64,000 nt of DNA. Origin: a virus. Within the stretch, counting starts at the first letter, position 1, and every line of letters starts with the position of its first letter. Shown piece after piece: positions 1 to 10,700 of the stretch. Where the stretch lies: the IMG/VR virus record IMGVR_UViG_3300016472_000923, one strand, 5' to 3'. Both the position numbers and the translations under genes were made by a program. The notes under the pieces are model-generated. The model did not search any database. It saw only the letters and a program-made list of their open reading frames with translations, and had not been told where the DNA came from.

Positions 1-526
1 TGAAATCGGCGTTCATCTTGCCACCAGCATGCAGGACTTGGATCATCTCATCATACATGCCTTCGATCTCGCCTGCAGCCTCGCTCATCTTTTCACGCAA
101 TCGATCCTGGATGTTGGGCTTGGCTATCACTTCTTCGGCTGTGGCTACCACTTCTTTGATTGCTCTGACTGTTTCTAAGTGCTCGGAGATGGTGTTGTCT
201 AATCGCAATTCTTCATGCTCCAGCAGAACCAGGCCCATGGTGTTCATACGACACAACCAGCCAGTTTGATTAAGCACTGTGGCTTCAGGGACCTTGGCGA
301 ACAATTTGGCATCTCGTGGCCTATCGTGCCGGGTCAGCCAATCGATCACGCACTCTTTGGCTTCTTTCTTGCCATAGTGATAGTTGTACCAAGTGAACGC
401 ACCTATGATGGCTCCTTGCCTGCTTTCGCTTTCGGGCTGGATGCGCCATTCGGGCTCGTTGCCGGTATATTTGGTGTCGGCGCTACGGGGATTCATCGAT
501 TTGGGTGCTTTGACAATAGTAGCCAT
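1..526 (-). CDS. Phage hypothetical protein, truncated by the window edge (MATIVKAPKSMNPRSADTKYTGNEPEW...)
   Basis: Hand translation: the frame is open from ATG at 526 to the window start. GGAGA RBS and a sigma70 promoter lie upstream. Absent from the ORF track because its stop is outside the window. Confidence 0.8.
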   Translation of the reverse strand, partial: MATIVKAPKSMNPRSADTKYTGNEPEWRIQPESESRQGAIIGAFTWYNYHYGKKEAKECVIDWLTRHDRPRDAKLFAKVPEATVLNQTGWLCRMNTMGLVLLEHEELRLDNTISEHLETVRAIKEVVATAEEVIAKPNIQDRLREKMSEAAGEIEGMYDEMIQVLHAGGKMNADF

Positions 527-550
527 GGGTTCTCCACTGTGATATGCGTA

Positions 551-579
551 ATTATAGCAGGTCATTCTTTTCTGGTCAA
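551..579 (-). promoter_or_regulatory. sigma70-type early promoter TTGACC-N17-TATAAT
   Basis: -35 at 579-574 and -10 at 556-551 with 17-nt spacing, upstream of the ATG at 526. Confidence 0.8.
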
Positions 580-587
580 CACACCCA

Positions 588-593
588 TAAATA
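588..593 (+). promoter_or_regulatory. Late promoter (TAAATA, gp55-type)
   Basis: CATAAATA 7 nt before ATG 601; the same motif recurs before most structural genes. Confidence 0.7.
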
Positions 594-600
594 TACTACT

Positions 601-1995
601 ATGCCCAGATTATCCATGTGGCGTCCTAACAAGACGAACGATTACCGCTTTTTCGACCGTACTATTTCGGAGATGTACACCGTGGGTGGGGTGGATATCT
701 ACATCCACAAATACCTTGGCCCAAAAACTGGGGAAGGCGATTCAGTAGAAAGCGGAAACTACGATGCCACCCAGCCCAATTACTCAGTGGAAGATCCGTT
801 GTTCATACAGGATCTCCTGCTGTTGGAAAATCGCGACAGGTCCTATGATGCTGACATCTATCAGATGCGCGGAGTTTTCAATGTAGGTGATATAGACTTT
901 GATCTCACGCAGTTTGGTTTGTTCTTGAACAATGATACCTTGTTCATCACTTTCCATTACAACGATATGATAGACACCATTGGTCGCAAACTCATGAGTG
1001 GTGATGTGCTGGAGATTCCAAACCTCAAAGATCCCAACCCGTTGAACGCTGCCATAGCCAAGGCCCTGCCCAAATATTATGTGATCCAGGACGCTGCCTA
1101 TGCTGGGGAAGGGTTCGCTAGAGAATGGCTGCCGCACACCTGGCGTGTGAAAGCCACGCCCATGGTCAATGCCCAAGAGTATCAAGACATCTTGGACAAA
1201 CCGTTTGAGACCACGAATATCTGGGATCCTATCAACTTCTATCCACAAGGCACCATCGTGCTGTCCGGCGACACATATTATCAAGCCAGGATTGACACAC
1301 CCGTGGGCACAGACATCACCAATACGACCTATTGGCTCGAGATCACTGATCCCACAACTATCGCAGATGTAGATAGCACTCGCAACAAAGACCTACAGAT
1401 CAACGATGCCTTGTTGGCGCAGGCCGAGATCGATGTGCCATTAAGTGGGTATGACACAGTTAAGTTTTATATCTTCCCTACCAACCCCGATGGTACTCCA
1501 GCAGATCCCAATTCAGTGACCATCGACAGCACCAATATTGATGTGGACGCCACAGGAGTCAATGTTGCTGACGCGGCACAGACACCACAGGCCGACGGCT
1601 ATACCATGGGATACTTGACTGGCGACGGCATCGCACCCAATGGTCTACCTGTGACACCAGGCATATCGTTTCCCACTAATCCCCAGCAAGGAGCATATGC
1701 CCTGCGCTTGGATTATTTTCCAAATCGACTGTTCCGTTACGACGGTCGGCGCTGGATCCATATCGAAGATGCGGTGCGCACCGATCTCAGCAATGGGCCG
1801 CTTAACAATACCCTGCGTAGCAGTTTCGTCAACAATACATACACAGTGAGCACAACAGATCTTGGCAACATACCCAGCCGACAGAGCTTGAGTGAGTTGC
1901 TGAAACCTCGTGCCGACAACGGCGATGATGGTGGCTTCAAACCCGCCAACCCAAGACCAGGCACTTATCCTGGACAAAGAAACGACACGGACTAA
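601..1995 (+). CDS. gp14: Neck/head-completion protein (T4 gp14-like) with C-terminal extension
   Basis: IQDLLLLENRDRSYD and FDLTQFGLFL...FITFHYNDM motifs; precedes a gp15-like gene. Start reassigned to ATG 601 (MPRLSMWRP), after the late promoter. Confidence 0.65.
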   Translation: MPRLSMWRPNKTNDYRFFDRTISEMYTVGGVDIYIHKYLGPKTGEGDSVESGNYDATQPNYSVEDPLFIQDLLLLENRDRSYDADIYQMRGVFNVGDIDFDLTQFGLFLNNDTLFITFHYNDMIDTIGRKLMSGDVLEIPNLKDPNPLNAAIAKALPKYYVIQDAAYAGEGFAREWLPHTWRVKATPMVNAQEYQDILDKPFETTNIWDPINFYPQGTIVLSGDTYYQARIDTPVGTDITNTTYWLEITDPTTIADVDSTRNKDLQINDALLAQAEIDVPLSGYDTVKFYIFPTNPDGTPADPNSVTIDSTNIDVDATGVNVADAAQTPQADGYTMGYLTGDGIAPNGLPVTPGISFPTNPQQGAYALRLDYFPNRLFRYDGRRWIHIEDAVRTDLSNGPLNNTLRSSFVNNTYTVSTTDLGNIPSRQSLSELLKPRADNGDDGGFKPANPRPGTYPGQRNDTD

Positions 1996-1998
1996 TCA

Positions 1999-3372
1999 AT
2001 GTCTCAACAATTTTTTTATGATGCCCAAATACGCCGGTTCCTGATACAGTTTGCCAGGATCTTTTCAAACTTTTCGGTAGAATATGGTGGCACCAACCCT
2101 GACACACAGGCCCTGGTGCGTGTGCCCGTGAGATATGGTGATGCCACACGGCAGGCACAGACCATCATACAAGAGAACTCGGCCAGCAACATGCCGTCGA
2201 CGCCGTTGATCACATTTTACATCACGGCCTTGGAATATGCCCGTGACCGGCTGCAAGAACCTTATCATGTCAGCAAGGTACAAGTCCGGCAACGGACCTA
2301 TGACACCAGCACTGATACCTACGAGACCACACAAGGCAATGCTTTCACAGTAGAGCGGCTGATGCCTGTGCCTTATACCTTGACTTTGAACGCGGATTTT
2401 TGGACGAGCAACACCAATCAAAAATTCCAGTTAGTTGAACAGATAGCCACCTTGTTCAACCCCAGCTTGGAGATACAGAGCACTGATAACTATCTGGACT
2501 GGACCAGCCTGTCAGTGGTAGAACTTGAGCGTGTGAATTGGTCTAGCCGTGTCATACCAATGAACGCTGAAAATCCCATAGACATATTCACCATGACGTT
2601 TAAACTGCCGATCTTTATCTCTTCACCGGCCAAGGTCAAGAAATTGGGCGTGGTACAGAAGATCATCATGAGCATGTATGACGAAAACGGCGATGCCAAC
2701 GAAGCCATACTCAACAACGACTTGCTTTTAGGTACCAGACAGAAGTTCACGCCTTACAACTTCCAGGCCTTGCTGATCGGCAACAAAGTACAGGCACTGA
2801 AGTACAGCCAGACTGTACCTGTGCCCAATGACAATACCACGCCACCGCAATCGCCGCCCAGCAACGAATTCTGGCAAGCTGTGGTCGGCATGTACGGAGT
2901 GTTGCGACCGGGCATCAGCCAGATCAGATTTGACAATCAATGGGGCGATGACACACAGGTCATTGGCACAGTAAGCTATGATCCCACCGATGATCGATTC
3001 CTGTTGATCAATATAGACGAAGACACCTTGCCACAAAACACGCTGGATCCTGTGGATGCAGTGATCAATCCCTTGACCGCTGGGCCTGGAGAAGGGCTAC
3101 CTGCAGCAGTGGCAGGCCAACGGTATCTAATACTAGATGACATGGGAGGAGATACCACTGCCTGGGGCAACTTTGCCGGGGCTCGGGCCAATGACATCAT
3201 CCAATATGATGGAGACTTTTGGTTTGTAGCTTTTGAGTCGGCAGACCAGACTACTAATGTAGAATTTGTAACCAATATCACCACCGGCTTGCAATACCGC
3301 TGGACTGGCACTGAATGGGTCAAAAGTTACGAAGGGCTGTATCCTTCGGGAGAATGGAGCCTGGTGTTGTGA
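1999..3372 (+). CDS. gp15: Tail terminator / sheath stabiliser (T4 gp15-like)
   Basis: N-terminal FFYDAQIRRFLIQFARIFSNF, VPVRYG, MPVPYTL, QLVEQIATLFNP motifs typical of gp15. Confidence 0.75.
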   Translation: MSQQFFYDAQIRRFLIQFARIFSNFSVEYGGTNPDTQALVRVPVRYGDATRQAQTIIQENSASNMPSTPLITFYITALEYARDRLQEPYHVSKVQVRQRTYDTSTDTYETTQGNAFTVERLMPVPYTLTLNADFWTSNTNQKFQLVEQIATLFNPSLEIQSTDNYLDWTSLSVVELERVNWSSRVIPMNAENPIDIFTMTFKLPIFISSPAKVKKLGVVQKIIMSMYDENGDANEAILNNDLLLGTRQKFTPYNFQALLIGNKVQALKYSQTVPVPNDNTTPPQSPPSNEFWQAVVGMYGVLRPGISQIRFDNQWGDDTQVIGTVSYDPTDDRFLLINIDEDTLPQNTLDPVDAVINPLTAGPGEGLPAAVAGQRYLILDDMGGDTTAWGNFAGARANDIIQYDGDFWFVAFESADQTTNVEFVTNITTGLQYRWTGTEWVKSYEGLYPSGEWSLVL

Positions 3373-3800
3373 ACGCAGTAGGCGTATGGTTTTACAGCAT
3401 CAGCACCGACCGTTATCTTTATCTCATGCGAGATGATGCCAAGCACCCAGGATCGTGGGGATTGCCCGGAGGCAAAGCCGAGGCTGGCGAAAGCCTGTTG
3501 GTAGCGATGAAACGCGAGTGTGAAGAAGAGATTGGCGGTTTTCCAGATTTCGTCAAACTCATCCCTTTAGAGATGTTTACCAGCGACGATGGTAGATTTA
3601 GATATCACACATTTTTCTGCGGCGTGGATGAGGAATTCATTCCTCGATTGAACCATGAACACCATGGGTATGCCTGGATTGACAGCGACCATTGGCCAAA
3701 ACCCTTGCACCCAGGACTGTGGTCTACTTTAAACTTTGATGCGGTGCAATCTAAAATCAAGTCTATCACCCAAAGCATGCAGGATCAGACATCGCAATAA
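3369..3800 (+). CDS. Nudix hydrolase
   Basis: Nudix box GGKAEAGESLLVAMKRECEEEIG plus LNHEH. Likely GTG start at 3369 overlapping the gp15 stop (GTGA); the track start is 3315. Confidence 0.85.
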   Translation: MNAVGVWFYSISTDRYLYLMRDDAKHPGSWGLPGGKAEAGESLLVAMKRECEEEIGGFPDFVKLIPLEMFTSDDGRFRYHTFFCGVDEEFIPRLNHEHHGYAWIDSDHWPKPLHPGLWSTLNFDAVQSKIKSITQSMQDQTSQ

Positions 3801-4450
3801 CTGATCCAAGATCTGTAGTCTTGGCAGATGACATTGCGCAGTCTACGCCACTCCGGAGGCATGCGGCTTTCTACTCCTACCAAGATGAATAGTGTGGTAT
3901 CATAAGCAGCCATGACCCGTCCAATATCTGCTACAGTGTGGTCGGTCAACCAAGGCGTATCAAGGCTGGCGCCCAATAAAAAGATTTCACGGTGGCCGTC
4001 AAATGCGGGAAGATACACTGCTGTGGCCTGGCTGTCCATCGATGGTGTCATGGGTATGAGATACAGGCGGCCGGGGTAAGTCAGTACAACCCTGGGTGTG
4101 GTATATACCGTGCATCGTTCTTCGTATCCTTGCGCGACCATGGCATCAATTTCAGATCTTTCTTTACCAATCCAAAAATCTAAAATCATGTCTTGCCAGA
4201 TGCGGCCTGTGGCATAGGTCTGTAATCGTTTTTTACCAAGCAAGCCTCCACGATGCCGTTGCAATCTAGCGAAATCAAACAAGCCTCGATCCGCATCGCT
4301 AATTATGACTGCGGCACGACCTGAGATGTGATGATTTTCAATGGGATTAGGAATCCACTCGCGGCTTTGTTGTTTCATACCACCGGACCAGCGTGTTTCT
4401 GTGACTAGAAACTCGCCGCTGTAATCACGGCGATAGCACGGCAATGTCAT
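3785..4450 (-). CDS. Divergent glycosyltransferase-like (DUF115/MptE or GT29-like fold) protein, paralogue of 14121-14705
   Basis: RAAVII, LQTYATG, TAVYLPAFDGHREIFLLG align with AFVLGNG, VYGCNA, IAMALAALDGHRPIYLLGFD of 14121-14705. Confidence 0.5.
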   Translation of the reverse strand: MTLPCYRRDYSGEFLVTETRWSGGMKQQSREWIPNPIENHHISGRAAVIISDADRGLFDFARLQRHRGGLLGKKRLQTYATGRIWQDMILDFWIGKERSEIDAMVAQGYEERCTVYTTPRVVLTYPGRLYLIPMTPSMDSQATAVYLPAFDGHREIFLLGASLDTPWLTDHTVADIGRVMAAYDTTLFILVGVESRMPPEWRRLRNVICQDYRSWISYCDV

Positions 4451-5217
4451 AGTCGTCCTACTAAGACCTCTATGACACCAGGACCATCGCTATCATGATT
4501 TTCCAGGGCTTTGCCGATTATCACCCCCGGTTGATACAGTGGTGCGGGTAGCACACAGGCATGACCTGGCACATTACTGCTGCACAACACATCACCGCGA
4601 TTGACATAGCCCACTACTTGGCAGGGCACACGGCCCAGCAAGGCCACAGTGACCGCGGTAGGAGAATCTTCAGTAGCGTTCATTATCACCGCTGGTGCGG
4701 TGGATACTACACCGGCTATTTTAGTTGACGCTAGGCTTGAAGATTGTGTCACTTCTTGCTGACCACCAATCTCCAGCACTGTACCAGGTTCATAGATCTC
4801 ATCCGCGATGTACCGTTCTGCGATGTCAGCGTATTGTGCAGATGTGGCCTTGGCAAATACAGTGTTGAAATAACCGGTGGCATTGCCAATATTGCCGGTG
4901 CCATTGGCTTGGCTGTTGACTATGCCAGCCGAAGTAAAAGCTGCTATGCCTGATCCGCCCACTGTAATAGCGATACTGCCACCTGAACTCAACACTTTTA
5001 CATTAGAAGTTCCATTGGATATAGAATCGGCGCTCAAAGTACCAATCTCAGCATCAACATAGGCCACAGTAGCGAGATTGCCGCCGCCACCGGCCGTGGT
5101 ACCATCATGCACTCTCAGCGTCCAGTTGGTAGTGTCCACGGTAATCTCGCCCAAAGCACCAGTAAAGGCGTTGTTTTGTGTGGCAGTGCCTCGGCGATAT
5201 TGTACTTGTGTGCTCAT
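4447..5217 (-). CDS. Short fibre protein: Mtd_N-like N-terminus plus C-terminal intramolecular chaperone (peptidase G2/IMC-like)
   Basis: QYRRGT...FTGALGEITVDT...LRVHDGTTAGG at the N-terminus; ATSAQYADIAE...PGTV...GVVST.PA...VALLGRVPC...IIGKAL at the C-terminus. Confidence 0.75.
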   Translation of the reverse strand: MSTQVQYRRGTATQNNAFTGALGEITVDTTNWTLRVHDGTTAGGGGNLATVAYVDAEIGTLSADSISNGTSNVKVLSSGGSIAITVGGSGIAAFTSAGIVNSQANGTGNIGNATGYFNTVFAKATSAQYADIAERYIADEIYEPGTVLEIGGQQEVTQSSSLASTKIAGVVSTAPAVIMNATEDSPTAVTVALLGRVPCQVVGYVNRGDVLCSSNVPGHACVLPAPLYQPGVIIGKALENHDSDGPGVIEVLVGRL

Positions 5218-5243
5218 TTTTTATTCCTTGCTGATATTTATGT

Positions 5244-7643
5244 TTATGCCCCGCGCATCATAGAACCATTGAACCAGGAAATTGTTCCTGTTCCTGCATT
5301 TTGTACAGTTCTATTGGCTCCACTGGTTTGTTGTGCATATATTTCAAAATAATCACCCGTGCCGTTAGCATATACCAAACAACTGATGTTCATGGTCCAG
5401 AAATCGTTGGCAAATGCTGTGCCAGATTGATTCCATGATCTCCGGAATGCTGCACCGTTCTTGTAGACCACGATCATACACTCGCCAGTCCCGGGACCGC
5501 CACCGTCCATACGGATGGCCGAATTGAGTTGATAGTATCCTTCGACTGTGGGAGTGAATGTTGAACTGGCAAAATTACTATTGGTGTCAAAATCTTCTGT
5601 CCCAAATAATACTTTCTGCAGTGACCCGGATGTGATAGTTTGTGCTGTACCCGAACTGGGATAAGCCGAAAATGCTGGCCCATTGACTGCTTGTTTTCCC
5701 GCAACAGATATTGGACCTGTTACACTCAACCCACCAGAGTTAGTCAAGCTCAATATAACACTGCTGTAGGCACTGTCCACAACTTCCAATCCGCCAGTAC
5801 TGGTCAAGCGGAATGTCTTGTTGGGATTGGTAGCTCCGCCGGAAGAGTTTGTGGCTTTTAGGAAGTCTGCGTAGCCTGTGCCGCCTTGGGTGTTGGCTGC
5901 GCTGACTTGGATACCGGAACCTATGGCCGTTGCCGGAGCATAGGCAATGATGGCCTGTCCGCTGCTAATAAGATTTCCAGCCGTTATGTTGCCAGTGGTA
6001 GTGATCACTGCATTAGCGGTCAGTATATTGCCATTGATTGAGTTGACGATAAAGTTATCATTGCTGACAAAACCTTCAATGTAAAAACTACCAAGGTCAT
6101 AACTTTCTGTCACTGCAGCGGTCACGCTGCCTAGGTCTTCGGACACTGTCACTGCTTCGGTGACCAGCCCCATGTCGCCGCCAGTGGCAAAAATACTTTC
6201 ACTGCCTACAGATGATATGGTAATAGTGTTATTGGCAGCATCAGTGGTGATAGCTATGCCCGATCCCTCGGCTAAGGTCAGAGTATCACTAGTGTTATCC
6301 GCGCTGACTGTTGTTTCTCCTGAAACTGCGATGTTACCAAAGGCATTGATTCCCGTAAGTTGGCTACCGTTGCCAAGTATATAGGACCCTGTAACATTGC
6401 CACTGGCTGTAACGGTAGTGGCAGTGACAGCACCATTAGATACTAAATTCCCACCCGACACATTGCCGGTGGCATTTACAGTACCAGCTGTGGATAAATT
6501 GCCAACCGTAGCTGTACCTGTGGCAGTTATGGTAGTGGCAATGACAGTGGAATTGGATATTAGGTTACCACCCGAGATGTTGCCTGTGGCATTGACAGTA
6601 CCTGCTGTACTGACATTACCAAATATACCCGTACCAGTAGTGGTAATGTTAGTAGCAGTGACGGTAGCATTGGATACCAGATTACCACCTGAGATGTTGC
6701 CCGTGGCATTGATAGCACCAGTGGCAGATATATCAGTTGTGTTGACAGTGGTCACTGTCAGCGAAGTACCAGTGATAGTGCCGTTGGATGTCAGATTGCC
6801 ACCCGAAATATTGCCAGTGGCATTGACAGTACCCGATGTGCTGACATTGCCAAATGTGCCTGTACCTGTGGTAGTGATCGTTGTACCGGTTATGGCCGAG
6901 TTGGACACAAGATTGCCACCCGAAATATTGCCAGTGGCATTGACAGTACCCGATGTGCTGACATTGCCAGTGGCACTCACACGTCCTGTGACATCCAGGC
7001 CTGATGTGGAAAAAACTGCTATGTTGCCGGTACCACCTATGCCCACAGTGACATTGCCGCCTGAGCTGACAACATTGACGTTTGATGTACCGTTAGAGAT
7101 ACTGTTGAGGCTGATGCCAGTGACACCGATGGTCACTGTCTTTGATGTGTTGTTGCCGGTGATGGCGATGTTGTCGCCTGCGGTCAGCGTGACTGTTCCG
7201 CCTACAGCATTGGCCAATACTGCAGTTCCATTGGCATAGATATTGCCAAACGCATAGGCAGAGTTCTGTTCAAATACCAGAGCAGTGGTGCCGATGACGA
7301 TAGGATTGTTGGTAGTCAGCTTCCATTGCGTGTCTTTGTACTCATCGCCTTCGGTGACCATGACGATCATGCCGGCCTGGATCTCGCCAGTCTCATTGCC
7401 GTCTGTGGTGCGCACCCAAGTGCCGTTGTTGCCCGCGCCCACGGTCTGCACATAATATAGACCGTTTTGGCTGCCAGTGCTCTGTCCAGCCACCAGCACC
7501 CGATCGTCCGCAACCAAGCTCACACCATCCACAGTGGCCGGGGCCCCACCTGCCAGTGTGATGTTGCTCAGTGTGATCACACGCACCGCTTGCTTGTAGT
7601 CGATGTCGGAGATCTGCTCCGCCCTGATCCGCGTCAATCCCAT
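5244..7643 (-). CDS. Fibre protein with T/G/N-rich beta-helical repeats and a C1q-like C-terminal head
   Basis: DYKQAVR...DRVLV..Q....NGLY N-domain; TGNISGGNL repeats; GPAFSAY...FDTNSNFASSTFTPTVEGYY C1q-like signature. Start probably ATG 7643 (MGLTRI); the track start is 7664. Confidence 0.75.
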   Translation of the reverse strand: MGLTRIRAEQISDIDYKQAVRVITLSNITLAGGAPATVDGVSLVADDRVLVAGQSTGSQNGLYYVQTVGAGNNGTWVRTTDGNETGEIQAGMIVMVTEGDEYKDTQWKLTTNNPIVIGTTALVFEQNSAYAFGNIYANGTAVLANAVGGTVTLTAGDNIAITGNNTSKTVTIGVTGISLNSISNGTSNVNVVSSGGNVTVGIGGTGNIAVFSTSGLDVTGRVSATGNVSTSGTVNATGNISGGNLVSNSAITGTTITTTGTGTFGNVSTSGTVNATGNISGGNLTSNGTITGTSLTVTTVNTTDISATGAINATGNISGGNLVSNATVTATNITTTGTGIFGNVSTAGTVNATGNISGGNLISNSTVIATTITATGTATVGNLSTAGTVNATGNVSGGNLVSNGAVTATTVTASGNVTGSYILGNGSQLTGINAFGNIAVSGETTVSADNTSDTLTLAEGSGIAITTDAANNTITISSVGSESIFATGGDMGLVTEAVTVSEDLGSVTAAVTESYDLGSFYIEGFVSNDNFIVNSINGNILTANAVITTTGNITAGNLISSGQAIIAYAPATAIGSGIQVSAANTQGGTGYADFLKATNSSGGATNPNKTFRLTSTGGLEVVDSAYSSVILSLTNSGGLSVTGPISVAGKQAVNGPAFSAYPSSGTAQTITSGSLQKVLFGTEDFDTNSNFASSTFTPTVEGYYQLNSAIRMDGGGPGTGECMIVVYKNGAAFRRSWNQSGTAFANDFWTMNISCLVYANGTGDYFEIYAQQTSGANRTVQNAGTGTISWFNGSMMRGA
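6400..6970 (-). repeat. Coding tandem repeat, ~117 nt / 39 aa unit
   Basis: 6793-6852 and 6910-6969 are identical 60-nt blocks 117 nt apart; degenerate copies continue to ~6400. Confidence 0.85.
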
Positions 7644-7673
7644 GAGTTCACCATAATCATGCAATATTTAGCC

Positions 7674-7703
7674 AAAAAAATAGGGCACAGCAGTGCCCTA
7701 TTT
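7674..7703 (-). terminator. Rho-independent terminator
   Basis: AAATAGGGCAC-TGCT-GTGCCCTATTTTTTT after the 7718-11437 gene; a TAAATA box follows at 7670-7665. Confidence 0.85.
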
Positions 7704-7717
7704 GCTGCTCCATGAGC

Positions 7718-10700
7718 TTACAGCCTTCCCACTACCACTTCGATCATGCCATCTGCGCCGTCAAAGTCGGCCAGGGCCTTGCCTATGATGGATCCTGTGA
7801 TGGGATCTGTTTCTGCACGGGCACGGCCATCTCCGGTGGCTACCAACATGTCGCCTTTGCGTATGGTCCCTGTGACGCGGGTGGGCACGCGACCTGTCAG
7901 AGCTACTGCCACGACATAGTCTCCAGACAGACCTGCATTCATGATATAGCTGGGATTGGTGGAAACCACGCCTGCGATTCTACGGCATGCATCAGTGCTG
8001 CATGTTGTGACTTCTTTGGCGCCACCAAAACACACCACTGTACCGGGTTCAATGATCGAATCGGCTTCGTACATCTCTGCTAGGTCGGCATATTGGGCCG
8101 AGGTAGCCGTGGCAAATATGGTGTTGAAATACCCAGTTGAGCTACCGATATTTCCAGTTCCATTGGCGTTGCCGTTTAGGAAGTTGCCTGTGAGCACAAA
8201 TGCGTTGCTGCCATCACCTTCGAAAGTCGCCGATCCGCTGGACAGACCGGTCACTGTGGTTGTAGTGGTCAATATACGAGCATCAATCACATCACTGACT
8301 TCAGGTGCTTCGGTGAACACCAAGCTGTTGCCCGACACACTGTAAGCCGTGGTCGGGATCTGCACGATACCGTTGATTGAAACTATGGTGCCTGCCGTGG
8401 TTGAATCTTGGCTCAGCGTGAATGTGTTGGCCACGCCGTTGCCAACAAACGAGTCGGCCACGATCACAGTGAATGTGGTACCAGCTGATGTCCAAGAATC
8501 GTTGTCGTAATACTCCAGACTATCAGTGGTTGTATTGAAACGGAGCATGCCGGTGACGCCGGTACTGGGTCGCTGAGCCGTGTTGCCCACAGCGATCAAC
8601 ACAGATGTGGTGGCTCCCACAGCCAAAGCAGCATTGGCGGTATTGGCGCTGTTGACCAGGGCATTGCCAATGATGGTCTTGCCTACTATGTTGCCTGTGC
8701 CAGAAACTTCAAGATTGCCCAAGGTACCTGTGGTAGTCACGGTCAGCGCACCGTTGCTGTTCAAATTACCACCTGCGATGTTGCCAGTGGCATTGACAGT
8801 GCCTGCTGTAGACAGATTGCCCACAGTAGCTGTGCCTGTGGTTGTCAGTGTAGTACCGGTGATAGTGCTATTAGAATTCAAGTTACCGCCGGTGATATTA
8901 CCAGTGGAGTTGACAGTACCAGTGATTGATGCATTACCCACTGTCATCAAATTAGTTGATTTATCAAATGTAAAGCTTGATGAAGCTCCTAATAAATCGC
9001 CGTCGTTGAACTGTACCTGTGTATTTGCTCCAGCAGCATCAATGTTGCCAGAAATGTTACCAATGAAGTTTGCTGCAGTGACGTTACCGGTGAATACTGC
9101 TCCTGTGCCCGTGACATTGGCCGTGGCATTGATATTGCCACCATTGATGTTGCCTGTGGTACTGATTGTGCCTGATGTTGCACTGATAGCACCAGTTGTT
9201 GTCAACGTGGTACCAGTGATAGCGGCGTTGGATACTATATTGCCACCTGATACATTGCCGGTGGCGTTGACTGTTCCAGTGGTGGAAACATTGCCAAATG
9301 TACCAGTGCCCGTAGTGGTTATAGTAGTACCGGTTATGGTACCATTGCTGTTGAGATTACCACCTGTGATGTTTCCAGTGGCGTTGATTACACCTGAAAT
9401 TGAAGCGTTACCGGCCGACACATTGCCAGTCAATACCAAACTGGTACCAGTGGCAGCGCCAATGTTAGGAGTGACTAAATTAGCACCAGCCTTGACGATG
9501 ATATTACCACCACCATCAAATGCTGTGGTATCATTGTCAACTTTGGCAGAAAAAACCGTTCCTGTCAACAATATACCAGCTGCTGTATTTGCTGTGTATG
9601 TCTGGCTGGAAGAAAACTGGGCAAACTCAATGTTAGAAGTTCCAAAGGTTATGGTCCCAGTGGGAGCGTCAACCACCCAGGCAGATCCTTTGTTGACATT
9701 ACCGGATGTGACGAAGAAGTAGTCATTGTAACTGAGTTGGGTAGTGCTGTTGGCTCCGTACTCATCAGCATCTGTGGTGCGGATGATAGCCGTGGCGTTG
9801 GCCCAGTAGTAAATACCGTTGAGCGCAGCATTGCCTTCGTTCTTGACCAAAATACGAGTATTCGCTGTTTGCACATTGGCATCATCGATTAGATTAAAAG
9901 ACCCAGTGGTTGAGATAGTACCACCAATGCCGTTGGCAGCACCATTGGGCTGTGTATAAGTGATGGTGCCACCTGTGGTAGCAGCAAGAGTAGTAGTGGT
10001 AGCAGCTACCACCGATTGGTGATAGGTAAGTCCGGTTGCGACCATGGTGTCTACATAGACCTTGCTGGCAGCATCTGTATCTTGTGTAGGATAACCAAGA
10101 TTATTGATCCACTGGTTGTTCATCACGATGTTGCCAGATCCATCCCATTGCATTACGCCACTGGCAGAATTTAGGATAAGATCGCCTGATGTAGTGGTCA
10201 CTGTTCCGGTATTCACTATGGCAGCAGTAACATTGCCCGTGGCTGTGACTTGACCTGAGGTGCTTAAATTACCAACCGAAGCGTTGCCTGATGTGGTCAG
10301 TGTGGTGCCAGTGATAGCAGAGTTAGATACTATATTGCCGCCTGATACATTGCCAGTGGCATTTACAGTACCGGTGGTAGATACATTACCAAAAGTACCA
10401 GTACCAGTTGTGGTTATCGTCGTTCCGGTGATAGTCCCGTTGCTGTTGAGATTACCACCTGTAATATTGCCAGTGGCATTGACTGTACCAGTTGTAGATA
10501 AATTACCTACCGTAGCGGTGCCCGTAGTGGTTATAGTAGTACCGGTTATGGTACCATTGCTGTTGAGATTACCACCTGAGATATTACCTGTGGCATTGAC
10601 CGTGCCTGCGGTGGATAAATTTCCAACTGTGGCAGTAGTCGTCACAGTGGCAGATCCATTGGATGTCAAATTGCCGCCTGACACATTACCAGTAGCGTTT

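Noticed and set aside
18-748. Plus-strand ORFs 18-269 and 215-748
   Set aside because: They overlap a better-supported minus-strand gene (start 526) with an RBS and a near-consensus sigma70 promoter
4447-5217. Diversity-generating retroelement suggested by the Mtd_N-like domain
   Set aside because: No reverse transcriptase, no TR/VR pair with adenine-specific differences seen, and no C-type lectin C-terminus
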